This document shows, in pieces, positions 24,949-36,187 of a DNA stretch of 64,000 nucleotides; position 1 is the stretch's first letter, and each line of letters opens with the position of its first letter. The notes beneath the pieces are model-generated. The model ran no database searches, was not told the DNA's origin, and worked only from the letters and a program-made list of their open reading frames with translations. The position numbers and the translations under genes are program-made. This stretch comes from Massalongia carnosa (taxonomy: Eukaryota): the NCBI GenBank assembly GCA_965645245.1, contig OZ287075.1, forward strand, positions 1,054,001 to 1,118,000, read 5' to 3'.

Positions 24949-27798
24949 TCAGGAGGGGGTTGGGGTGAGGGTAGAAGGTGAGGTTGACGAGTTGCCAGCA
25001 ACACGCTTCTATCTCTCAATGATGTTATGAAGAAGGATTGGGGGTCTGATTGATAATTTGTGGGTGGGGAATAGTTAGGGATGATGGGAGGCTGTTTTGA
25101 AAGACGACTGAAGATTGTTTGCTTTTCAGGTGAAGGTGGAGGGAGGAGGAAGGGATTGGGCTTTGGGCGTCAACTATTGGTAGGGCATTCAATTAGGTTT
25201 AGCGGCTAACTTATTCCGCGTTTTGTTGATGGAGCAACTTCCTCCGCACGTGACTGGTCAGTTTACTGGAAGGTGAAAGGGGCCTCGTCTTCATTCAACC
25301 TTCACTTTACAGGTCCGAACCTCTGAAGCACGAGCATAGCTATACTCCGTACATACTCTGTGACTAGGGGGTTTTTTTCTCTGCTTTACTTCGAGATCTA
25401 ATGTTGAAGATTCGTGTGCAGGAGAGTGCTTACGCACATCACATTCATTTGCTCCAGTCTTGAGTTTCTTGAATTTTGTGGCTGGCTGGCTTGGCTCCAC
25501 CTTATCCATAGATTTCGTGGCCTCTTCCAATTGGCTTCAATAGGCTTCTACCGTGCGAGCATCCAGCTGAAGCAGGGTTACACGAATTAAGCTTATGACA
25601 ATTGGATGAGCGACCCAATCATTCGCAGTTGTGCTAACAAAGCTATGTCTTTCGCTACGGGACAAGTTGTGTTTGGTATTCGAGCTTCGGGGAGAAATAT
25701 GAGCAAGGTATCACCCATTCTTGTTGTGAAAAAACTGCATCCTCAAAGTACGGTACATTTGGCTGGCGAAATAAATGTTTATCACCTAACAGCCAGATAA
25801 AACAAGGAGGCTGGTTTTAGAGTACAAGGTATCTTCGAAGTTCTCGCGCATCGCTCCATGATTCGTTAGTACTCAGCAAGTAATTTCTCAATCGGACTTC
25901 AATATCTAACAGTACGGTGATATAGCATTTTACTATCTAACATCAAAGCGGTTTGTATAAGCACTAATAGCTTCTTTCCTACCATCTGTCTATCCGCAAC
26001 GGTCTCTTCTTCATGGTCAGTCAAAATATTTCCTGCTACTATATGGTTTTTGTCCACGCCATCACCTGAGAGGAAATAGTATCAATGATAAGGCTCCAGC
26101 AGTGCTTCTTTCTCTGAGAGTCGCACTCTGAAAGCCGTTTGAGGATATGAATAGTGAACTCAACCCGTGGCCCCCATGCTACCGCAGAGCATATGTATCA
26201 CGAAAGTCAAGCCAAGATTCCACGTTTAGGAAAGTGCATTGATAGAAGGGCCTTGTCTAACTGTGTTGTAAATCAAACTGATATCAGATGACCTTGCTGG
26301 CAAATGGCAGACTACCAAACATCCTGATTCCACCTCCACATCAGGAAAGACAAGCCTAGCCTCGCTCATGTGAGAACAGGCCAGATCGACCTTCGCCGAC
26401 ACTCTGCCATGCTCAATGAGACGATCAGGCTCTAGCGTTGATCGTCTGGCAGCAGTACGAGAAGTTGAAGAAGTTAGAATGCAGAAGTACTCAAACGAAC
26501 CAAAAAGTGCAGATCACTTGATGCATTGGGCAGACCAACATAGCAGAGGCTCCCAGCTACCAAACCCCCCCAACGCCATGTTCGAAAACACAGCATCAGT
26601 CACGAATGCGAAGGAGTTTGGTAGAAATACGATACTATCCGACGGCTGAGGTAGCCAAACCCACTTTCGCTACCTGGAGATGCACAAACCCGGTGCAGAT
26701 TATACCGCTGTGGACCGCTGATAGCCTTTTCTCACGATTGCCTGCTTCCCCGAGTCCTATCTCGGCCGGGACAGAGTGGAGTCTCAGACAAATGATAAGT
26801 TCATCCGGGTGTGGGGAAGAAATGGCGCAAAAGAAGAGGACGCTTGCACGAAAAACCTTAATCCAGAGCCGCTGCCTGTCACACGCTCAGCTTTGTAACC
26901 TTGGAACTTAAGCTATTGCCCGCTCAATGAAGGAAACAGAGGTCATTCTCCATCAGCCCCAAGGGTGTACCTTGCAAACGGGGCGTAGGACAATCTTTCA
27001 GCCGCCGGCATCGAGACTTAGGGAAAGATTGAGAGCAACCGGGCACATGTATTTACAGTCAAACGCCGCCTGCTTAGATATTATAGATGCCATGATATAC
27101 TAGAATGCTCCACTTCCTTCGTAAGTAAAAAGCATTAGAAATCGGGGGTTTTCGCGTAAGGAGTCAGCCTGGGTGGCTTATTAATGTCCAGGTGTACGTC
27201 ATTCGTCGATTGTTGTGAGTCGGTTAATCTATACGCCGCAGCCGATGGGAGTTAACCACTTGGAGTTAGCACTAATATATGCCGTGCTAATCGATAACTG
27301 ATACTTCGTATACCAAAGCCTCGAACAAAACACTTGGGAAAAGACCTACTTCACCCAAACCACCAATCAGCCTTTGTTGGGCTCACTTACCTTCCGTTGC
27401 TTCCCAACCTGCACCGAGAAGATCAGGCCATCGTGGTTTCCTGCAGAACCCATTTGACAAACCCGGAAAAAGGGGAACGAAAATACTGCATCTGACAGCA
27501 CTTTTAAGCCTATCGCATGACGATCTTGCGGCCCTACAGAGCAAAACGAACCCATCTAGAAGCGGAAGAGCCAATGGCCACGCGACTCTGCGTGGCGGGT
27601 GTGAAGAATCCGTGATTTTTGGTATGCCCATTTTCTTCTGCATTTCTAAAAATTCATTGCTTACGTTGCCCAGTAAGCATACCTAGAGACACTGAGACAT
27701 TCACGCCACCCTCCGCGCACTGACGGGAAGTCTTATAATCGTGGCATTCTCTCACTTCCCTTTCGTGATTTTCTCAGAACTACACATCTACGACCAAA

Positions 27799-30078
27799 AT
27801 GAGCTCTCGATTCAAGCGGCCATCGTCCCCGGGCAGTCGTCGCATTGCTCAACCCGGGCGGTCCTCAACCGGAACACTCATCTACCCCTCCGCTTTTGAC
27901 CAGTATCAGGGTCCCTCTCATTCAAGCACCGGCTTTGGGCCGCGCACAAGCGGAGAGCGGATTATTGCTCCAAGGATTCTCCCAAGGTACAGAGCCCAGA
28001 GTCCACCGAGGAAAGGGTCTCGCGACGACTATGTCCCTCTCCCTCGACCTCGAAGACTTACCCTGGAACCCGAGTCTGCAAATACTCGGCGGCCTTTGAG
28101 TATTATCGCCCCCATTTCGCCGAACCGAAGACCCGTGATTACTAGTGCAGTGGAAAGGCCATTGAGCCCCATATCCAAATCGATCCGATCACGGCGTGAA
28201 GAAGATTACTATATTCAGCCAGCGTCATCATCCCAGCGAGACCATCGTCGGAGTTACACAGCCAACTCCATTGACACTAGTCGCTTGGTACCTCTGGATC
28301 GGGAGAGTGTAGGGAGAACGGAACGTGGAGAATACCGAAGCTCGGGTGGGGGGCGAAGCGCATACAATATTTCTCAACCGCTTGTAAGGACTCAAAGCAA
28401 AGATAACCGAGAGTATGGCTTCGAGTACACTGATCGCCGGGAGCAAATGTATGGAGACACCGCACCGAGGGCAAGACCTAGACGAGACAGCTACCACGCA
28501 AGCGGGCGTGAACGACCTGTGAGCATGACTGGGCTAGAGGACTACCTACCACGCACCAACCAGCCAAGTAGAGGTGCCGGTCCCCCTGTGGCAATGAACA
28601 CCCGAGGATTTGCCAATGTAGGAAGGTCTAGCAGTCTGAGGCAGGGTCAGCGAGCAAGAGATGACGAGGCTATACCAAGAGGCTACGCACGCGAGAAATA
28701 CGATGGTTCCCCGCAAAGGCCCTCTCGAGCACCAGTGTTACATCAGCCAGCTGACGAAGGGTATTCATCTTATCGTGAGGGTTCAAATGAGGCCGATGCA
28801 GAGCATCGTAGGCGCCACAGGCCTTCGTTTGGGGAGGAAATGACGAGACCAAAACTGAGAGACCCTGTGGACGATCAACACGATCGGTCCAGGCGATACC
28901 ACTATCCCAGAGAACACGACACTAACGAAGACCGAGTTCGTCGAGCGCGGGATGAGCCTTCCAGGGCGCATGACACTTATGATGATCAAGATCGTCGAGC
29001 GAGGGATGAGCCTCCTAGGACGAAACATGATCATGAATCTCATGGAACCAAGAATGATCGTACAGATGACAAGCCAAGCCATGCGTTCTTGTCTGGTGTT
29101 GCAAGTGCCGCGGTGGCAGGTGCGGCGGCAGAAGGATCAAGACACCGCCATCATCGTCACAGAGATCACGATGGAGGCGAGCGGGCCGGGGATGTGAAGG
29201 AACATGGCAAAGACAGCGATCGTGGCCATCTTCCTATAGGGCAGGAGCCATATGAGAGTAGCAGCGTCAGTACCGAGGCCAGCGAGGAGAAAGATCAGGA
29301 ACAACGGGAACGGCGTCGAAGACGACATAAGGAGAAGGAGGAAAAGGAAGAAGGTCGCAAGAAGGATGTCGAACATGCAGCAGCGCCAACGGAGGCTCAT
29401 GCACTGCGCGAACAGGGCTCGTACGAGAGACCGGCACATAGCAGGGTCCCAGGTGTGTACGAAGAAAGGCCGGCTGAAGACAAGCTTCCCAGCTCGCATG
29501 AAAAACCGGCGCAAGGAAGGGTCCCGGGCGCATACGACGAAAGCTCAGGCCAAGAAAGGGCTCCAGGCTCCCACGAAAGATCTGCCCCTGAAAGACGGCC
29601 AGAAGCCGCCGAGCTCACCCGATCAACCCGCCATCGCCATCACCGCTCCCGCACCCACGACCAAGAGTCCAACTCTTCCTCCTCTGGCGACGAGCGCTCC
29701 GCAGAGCCTAAACAACGCCAAGTCCGCCTTGTCACTCCATCTCAAGAGCCTCGCGAGCCCGACCCCCCCATCAAAGGCATCCTGCGTCCGCCTCGCCCCG
29801 CATTCCCCGAAGACCCGACCCCGGTCCGCGAAGGCGTCGCACCGCTCAAGGACGCCGGGAAGAAGGGCATTCCCCCCAATGCACGCTGGACTAAGATCGA
29901 CCGCAAACTGGTCAATCCGGAGGCCTTGGAGCTGGGCAACGAACGGTTCGAGGAGAGGCCTGAGTATGTGATTGTGTTGCGAGTGCTGACGAAAGAGGAA
30001 ATTGAAAATTACGCGGCCAAGACGCAGGAGATTCGAGGCAAGAGGGGGATTTTGACTTTGAGGCATGAGGCGCATTGA
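27799..30078 (+). CDS. Conserved fungal low-complexity R/S/E-rich protein with a C-terminal WTKIDRKLVNPEAL...FEER...VIVLRVL domain (DUF8035-like)
   Basis: 759-aa ATG-initiated ORF. The C-terminal ~55 aa match a motif recurrent in filamentous ascomycete hypothetical proteins. The last few codons may be spliced differently. Confidence 0.8.
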   Translation: MSSRFKRPSSPGSRRIAQPGRSSTGTLIYPSAFDQYQGPSHSSTGFGPRTSGERIIAPRILPRYRAQSPPRKGSRDDYVPLPRPRRLTLEPESANTRRPLSIIAPISPNRRPVITSAVERPLSPISKSIRSRREEDYYIQPASSSQRDHRRSYTANSIDTSRLVPLDRESVGRTERGEYRSSGGGRSAYNISQPLVRTQSKDNREYGFEYTDRREQMYGDTAPRARPRRDSYHASGRERPVSMTGLEDYLPRTNQPSRGAGPPVAMNTRGFANVGRSSSLRQGQRARDDEAIPRGYAREKYDGSPQRPSRAPVLHQPADEGYSSYREGSNEADAEHRRRHRPSFGEEMTRPKLRDPVDDQHDRSRRYHYPREHDTNEDRVRRARDEPSRAHDTYDDQDRRARDEPPRTKHDHESHGTKNDRTDDKPSHAFLSGVASAAVAGAAAEGSRHRHHRHRDHDGGERAGDVKEHGKDSDRGHLPIGQEPYESSSVSTEASEEKDQEQRERRRRRHKEKEEKEEGRKKDVEHAAAPTEAHALREQGSYERPAHSRVPGVYEERPAEDKLPSSHEKPAQGRVPGAYDESSGQERAPGSHERSAPERRPEAAELTRSTRHRHHRSRTHDQESNSSSSGDERSAEPKQRQVRLVTPSQEPREPDPPIKGILRPPRPAFPEDPTPVREGVAPLKDAGKKGIPPNARWTKIDRKLVNPEALELGNERFEERPEYVIVLRVLTKEEIENYAAKTQEIRGKRGILTLRHEAH

Positions 30079-30621
30079 GCTCGAGTGGTCTAGGTAGTAA
30101 GGGAGAGAGGGAGGGATAAGGATATGTATTTGTTTCTCACGGCGGGTGGAAGGTTTTAAATTTAACGGAACGACAAAGCGGTTCTTTCGGCATGAAGGAC
30201 AAGAAATCGACTATTCATTCATGTCTGATGAGCGAGATACAACCCGAGCAAACGGACGAGAGATGCGATTTGGAGAGCGGGGGGAAAGACGAGAGAACAA
30301 GGAACAAGATTTGTGTTCGAGCCCAATGACCCATGTCCCGAGGATTCTCAAAGGTAGGTAGGTAGGTAGTTTCACAACCGAATCAGACAGGCTTTCCATC
30401 CAGCAAGAATGAGGACGAATACGACGAGCCTGAATTTTTCCCCGAGAACGTCAAGTCATGGATGTGTGCTATATCGATTTCAATACAAAGCCTCTTAAGT
30501 TAGTTAACTACATACCCAACCCGCCTCAGTTTCCCGGACTCTCTCTCCCCATCTCCTTCCTTTCCGCAAGCTCTCGGAACTAACAACCCCCCGTAGCATG
30601 ATATCCCCTTCCCGCTTCTTG

Positions 30622-30686
30622 TGCTGATGCTGATGCTGATGCTAATGCTAATGCTAATGCTAATGCTAATGCTAATACTAATGCTG
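30622..30686. repeat. Hexanucleotide microsatellite (ATGCTG/ATGCTA)n, about 10 units
   Basis: Read directly; it explains the spurious MLMLML ORF. Confidence 0.95.
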
Positions 30687-32602
30687 GCAAACTCGACTGG
30701 ACTTGCTTATGTTTTTCTTCTTTCCCTCCCTCCCTACCTCCTTCCCTCCAACCCTCTCCAGTCCCTCATCCGCCCCCCGCCCCCTTTTTTTTTCCCCCAG
30801 CACTCGCGCGCGCCAGACAAGGACACCCCGTTTTCGTGAAACGGATTTTATAGATGGAGTATACTCAACAAAATAAACAATATCAATCACCGCTATTAGT
30901 CTCTTTGTCTTATATTTTTTTAACCTTTTTTTTTAAAAATTTTTTTATTTAAAAAAATGGAAAAAAGGAAAAAAGGGTTGTAACAGATTTACTCTAAAAA
31001 TAAAAAATAGCAGAATGGAGAAACAAGTAAAGAACCAGAGAAAAGCGGCTATTGATTTTTTTGGGGGGGGGGGAAAGGGGGTTTTGTCAAACCACGTATA
31101 GCTAATGTTGAATATCCTATTCCTACCAGCACAATGAACACCTATCAAGTACAATGAACATAGCACCTACAATGAACATAGCACCTACGGCTGCCCTAGA
31201 TGGACAGAATGATCTACGGAAACCGTAGATGCCGCATTAGGCTTAGTTAGTCCCAAGATAAGATAAGATCGCCTCGCTTAGAAGGGGGTGTGACCAGTAG
31301 TAATAGGAAAAGAAGCAACTCTTCATCCTTAACATCACGGTCATACAAACCTTTATTATTACCTAGCCATAACTATAGTCATAGTCATATACATATTTCA
31401 ACAGCTAATATATATATTTCCCCGTTTCGGGATATGGGTAGGGAGAGAGGAGGGTATCAATAAAGCTCATCTACATACATGTATGCATGCATACCTATAC
31501 ACATATTTATTCAACGCCGTCTTGTCGTTCCATTCCTCCTCCCCCTCCCATGTTACTGAAACAATCATACATTCATTCATTCATCCTTCCCGCCGTTTCC
31601 GGTTCCAAAGCTCAACGAACCAAGCGAGCGAGGCGCTGATTGATGATCCCTTTCTTTCTTTCTTTCCTGGAGGGAATCGTAAACGGTGGAAACGTCCTTT
31701 TGGGGGGACTAATGTCGTACGTAAGACCACTTTTCGGGACGGGAGAGGGAAAGGGAACGGGGGAAGAAGGAAGATGGAAGCAGTTTTATGTTTATATAAA
31801 AAATAAATGTGTAGACAAACCCAAAGCTAGAAGAAGAAGAAGAAGAAGAAGAAAAAAAAAGGACTGGGTTCCTTTCCATCCAGTTTGTTTCCATTTAGAT
31901 CAACTTCCCTCGCTCGCTAGGTAGGTAGGTAGCTAGGTAGCCCAGGAAATTGAAACACGCTCTCGTACATTACGTACATATATATCCACCCACCTACACA
32001 GTCTTTCTTTGTCACAAAAAGAAAGAGCAAAGACCCGTCCCCAGAACACCGCTTTTACCTAACGTATTTATCTCTCTAAGCCCCAACCCAACGAGAAGAA
32101 AAACCACACCAACCGGCACGAACCCCGGAGTATGAGGAGCTGCGTCCTTTGTTACTCAAGACGCAACCCAACCAATATATAAATAGGAGCAGCAAGGCTC
32201 CGGAAAGGGCAAGCAGGAAAATAAGAAGACCGAACCCAGCTGTGAGCACCAAGGCCTCAGAAAGATCGGTCGGCTCCTATTTGAAAGATCTTTTTGACCT
32301 GGTGGAATGTAAAGAGTAAGGCGGTATAGCGAACCGCTCCAGGAATTAGGCTTATGGGATGATGTCTTTTTGAGTCGAGGCGATGTCGAAGAGGAGAGGA
32401 GGGTATCGGTTGGTAAATTAGGATCGAGACCTTTCGGATAAAAGAGCGCAGCAAGCAAGCTGTCGAGTTTCGCTAAAGAGCATTGGGGGCAAAGGGACTT
32501 TTCTTGTTTGGTTTTTTGTACACGAGCCCGTCGGAAGGGCAAGAAAAAGCCGAAAGAATAGAGAGTCAGAATGGGAACGAGGAGATGGTAGGATTGATCA
32601 TA

Positions 32603-35207
32603 TCAAGGCGTCGTGGCATGCCGTCTCGATCGCTTTTTCCGCTCCTGCCACTTCCGCTTCCCCACTCTCGTCTCCATGTACGACCTCATCGACGTCGCCT
32701 CCTGGCCGCCAGCAGGACCAAGGCTCCTCATCTTGTTCCTATATGCGTCGACTGTTTCGCCACTAATCAGCATCTCGCTTCCTCACCCCGGGTCATGAAC
32801 GCCGCTTACGTGCTCTCTGCAGAAACATGGTCCGGCCGGCAAACACCCTGCTCTGGGACCATGTCATTCGATACCCTAAATCGTTCAAGGAAACTTCTTT
32901 GCCACGCTTGGCCCGGCTGATCCTTGGTACCGCCACCTCCCGTTCCCCTCCGTCCATCATCGGCACAGGCACCAAGGTCCTCCCTCGGGTGGCCTGGTCG
33001 TCATCAACCAATCCGCCCTCCGGATCGTCATCTTCGAAGAACCGATTCCCCCTTGGCGCTTTCTGTGGTGACTGCATCTGGATCGGAAAGTACGAGCGCG
33101 GGTAAACGGAGTTGATCTTGCGGTACGAGTCCGGCAGCTCGTCCATGTCAACCTGGTCCAGCATGGTGCGGACGCGTACTCTGGTATCGCGATCGGTATC
33201 TTCAACGAGGATGAACTTTCGCCGCCTTGCTTCGGGCACGTCGCCAAAGAGGCCGGGCTTGCGGTCTTCTTCTTCAGCTTTGGGTGCGGCCGCGGCGACG
33301 GCCGTGTGACTGGGTCCGTTGTGGCCGTTGAGGGTATCCATGCCGTCGTGGAGCGGAGGCGGTATGGCCGGACCTACGGAGTGATTGTTTGGAAAATTCG
33401 GATAGCCGTGGAAGATTTGGGATTGTCGGATTTCGGCCGGTGAAGCGGTCGATTGTGTTTTGACGACGGAGTGACGTTGATTATCGTAATCACCATTGGC
33501 TGCCAAATCGACGTAAAACAACACGTGGTGTTAGCCTACGTTGAATGTACGTTGCAAAAATGTCTAAATCAATCAATCAAATATGGTACATGGAAAGGTT
33601 CATGCTACAGGTAAAAATGTACAGCGGTCGTTTGTGCAAGAGCGGCTGGGCCGTAACCAAGGCAGGATTGGAACTTCGCGTTTACATCTGGTGAAACATA
33701 CCGCTAACATCGTCCGCACTACCGGTGGTGCTTCCATCGGGATGGGCGTGGTGGTGGTGCAACTGCGATCCTCCCATGCCGATGTTGGTCGGCTGTGGTC
33801 GCTGGTTCGGTGCAGCCATAGGGTTGGGGTTGGGGGGGATCCCTGTAGATCCTCCTGCACCGCTTGGACCAGCCAGGTGGTTCGGTTGAGTGGCGGCAAC
33901 CTGCTTTCGGTTGTTGATTTTGGCCATCCTTCTGACACGACGGCTGCGCAACCGAGGATCTTGGTTGCTGTTCCTCCAGCTGTCCACCGCTCGTTGAATG
34001 AGTCCTCGCTTTCCTCGCAAACAGGGATTCAACTCGGCCAATCCCCATCCGACCGTGTTGCATTCGGATTCGTAGACCAGTCGGTTGCCTCGATACTGAT
34101 CCTTGGCGCAGCATGCGCGAGGATACACACAATTCTCCGTCTTGAAATCCGCCGCCAGCGTGTCCACGTTCACCGACTCCACGTCACATCGAATCGTGTA
34201 CTCCATTTTCACCCGATCCCGCGAGTACTCGAAAGCTATCCATTGGACTCCGTTGTTGTCTTGGCGCACCACCAGAGGCGTCGTGGCTGGTATCGGTCCT
34301 GGGGCGGCGTTTGGGTTGGCGCCTCCTCCGGTGGGTGGGCCCGAGTGTAGCCCATTGCCGTTGGTTTGGGGACCGGTGGGGGTGTTGAGATTCGAGCTCA
34401 TCGGACCTGGTGGAGGTCTTTGCAGCGAAGCCGGATCGAGCGGTCTCTGCATTCCTGTGGGCTCGATTTTTGGCCTTGGGCTGCTGGTCATGCCTGCCGC
34501 TGGCGGTTGCGGTTGCGGCTGCTGGTGTTGCATGGCTTGCTGACCTGGCTGATGCGACGGGAGTAAGGGCTGGGAGGTCATAGTCGAGTGCTGTGGCTGC
34601 GGCACTGGATGTTGTTGATATGCGGATGGGTGGACCTGGTTCATCGGTGGATACTGAGGATAGCCATACATTCCCTGCGGCAGTTGGGCCGGCGGTTGGC
34701 CGTAGAAACGTGTGTGTTGCTCATGGCTCTGCGGCGAAGCCACCGAGGCCGGGGAGTTGGATTGTGGAGTGTGATATACCGATGGGTATGGGCGCTGCAT
34801 CTGCGCGGCTGCCATCAAGTTGGGTGCCTCTGCGGTTCGCATTAGCAAGTCTTTGGTAACGCGCCCAATCTTGCGCCAGAAGAGACCCCCCGATATCGCT
34901 GCCCCAGTGAACCGTACCTGCCGATGAGTATGGACCTGGCGCCGGAGTGCCGTATGGGCTCTGCTGTGTATAGTAGGCGACTTCTGGAGGATGATGGCCG
35001 TTGGGTCCCGGCGGTGCGTACGGCGACTGATGCTGAATCGGTAAGCTGTGACTTGACGAGTGCGGCGACGGGAAGGCGCCTGGATGCTGGGGTTGGGCGG
35101 GCGGATGCGGAGAGTTTGGATGTTGCTGTTGGTGAACGATGCTCGAAGGGCGCTGGTGTTGCAGATGCTGTAGAACGGGACCCTGCTGAGGATGATGGGA
35201 ATGATGC
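32603..35207 (-). CDS. Gln/Pro-rich conserved fungal protein with two related domains (DUF8032-like, putative transcriptional regulator); multi-exon, start exon uncertain (~35270-35374)
   Basis: Domain 1: VQWIAFEYSRDRVKMEYTIRCDVESV...CVYPRA...GWGLAELN...LIQRAVDSWRN. Domain 2: FILVEDTDRDTRVRVR...SVYPRS...LGYRMTWSQ...FLQRA|LDAYRNK. Canonical introns (e.g. ~34917-34830, ~32809-32752); stop at 32605-32603. Confidence 0.8.
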
Positions 35208-36049
35208 TAGAACCACCCGTTCCGCGTTAGCAATCGTTCGCTGTCTTCCACCAGCACGTCAAATCCCATGGATCGTGATAACACGAAAAGCGCGACAAGG
35301 ATGTAGCCGGACTATACAAAAACGACCAGGCACCCCCAACTACGGGATTCGCACGAGCCGACGGGATTTTTCATGATGCAACGAAACAGTGTCAGAGGAG
35401 AGGGGGGGAAAACGTCTGACTTGTGCAATTGCAGCTCTTGGTGGCTATAAGCTCGACGAGGGGATTTTACAAGTTCTTCGGCGGCATCCACACAAGCAGC
35501 GTTCGCCAGCTCGTTGCACCCTAGAGTTCCACCAAAGAAGCTCGGTTCGCAAGAGCCACGACAATTTGACACTGACGATTGCACTTGATCAAAGGAATAG
35601 AGGGCCGCGATAATGAACGACGATGAAGAAGATATTTAGACGTTGAAAGATGAAGCTTTGGTGCACGTCAAAGTCGTCAAGCACGATGCAGGGAATGTGC
35701 AACAACAAGAAGTGCGCCAGACGACTGGGATGATAAGAACAACCGTCATGTTTCTTGACCAGGGAAGGGTGCGGTAGTGTCTCGGTAGATGCAGCATACC
35801 ATGTATCATAAAATTAGGCATCAAACGGCCAAAGGCTCATGTAAGCAGGAAAGGCGCCAACGGTCGCGCGCGGCGAGATAGGTTGGACGGGGCAGGGAAG
35901 GGGGAGGGGTAAAGGAGAGGAATAGTATTCAAAATAGGAGAGAAAGATGCAAGACTAGGGATTAGAAGGACAGCAGAAGCATAAGGATTAAGTGAGTTGG
36001 TGATAAACGGGGTTGACGGGGTTGATGGGGTTTGTAGGTAACCCTTTTT

Positions 36050-36187
36050 GGGGGGGGGGGGGGAGAAGGGGGGGTGGTGTGGGGGTTGGTGGGGGGGGGG
36101 GTAAAAGGTAAAGAGAAGAAGGGAATGGGGTGCAGGACCAAAGACGACTGGTTGAAGAATTGGGGTTGGGGGGGGGGGGGAGGGGGG
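36050..36187 (+). repeat. G-run cluster (several G7-G14 tracts)
   Basis: Read directly. Confidence 0.85.

Noticed and set aside
29252..29971. 239-aa alternative-frame ORF
   Set aside because: Nested in the 759-aa GC-rich gene; no recognisable domain.
30621..30839. ORF starting MLMLMLML
   Set aside because: Translation of a hexanucleotide microsatellite.
31212..31230. Perfect 8-bp-stem hairpin ATCTACGG-AAA-CCGTAGAT beside an 18-bp tandem duplication (~31150-31188)
   Set aside because: Short enough to occur by chance in 64 kb; no ncRNA or MITE context.
33583..34350. 255-aa + strand ORF
   Set aside because: Antisense to the conserved DUF8032-like exon.
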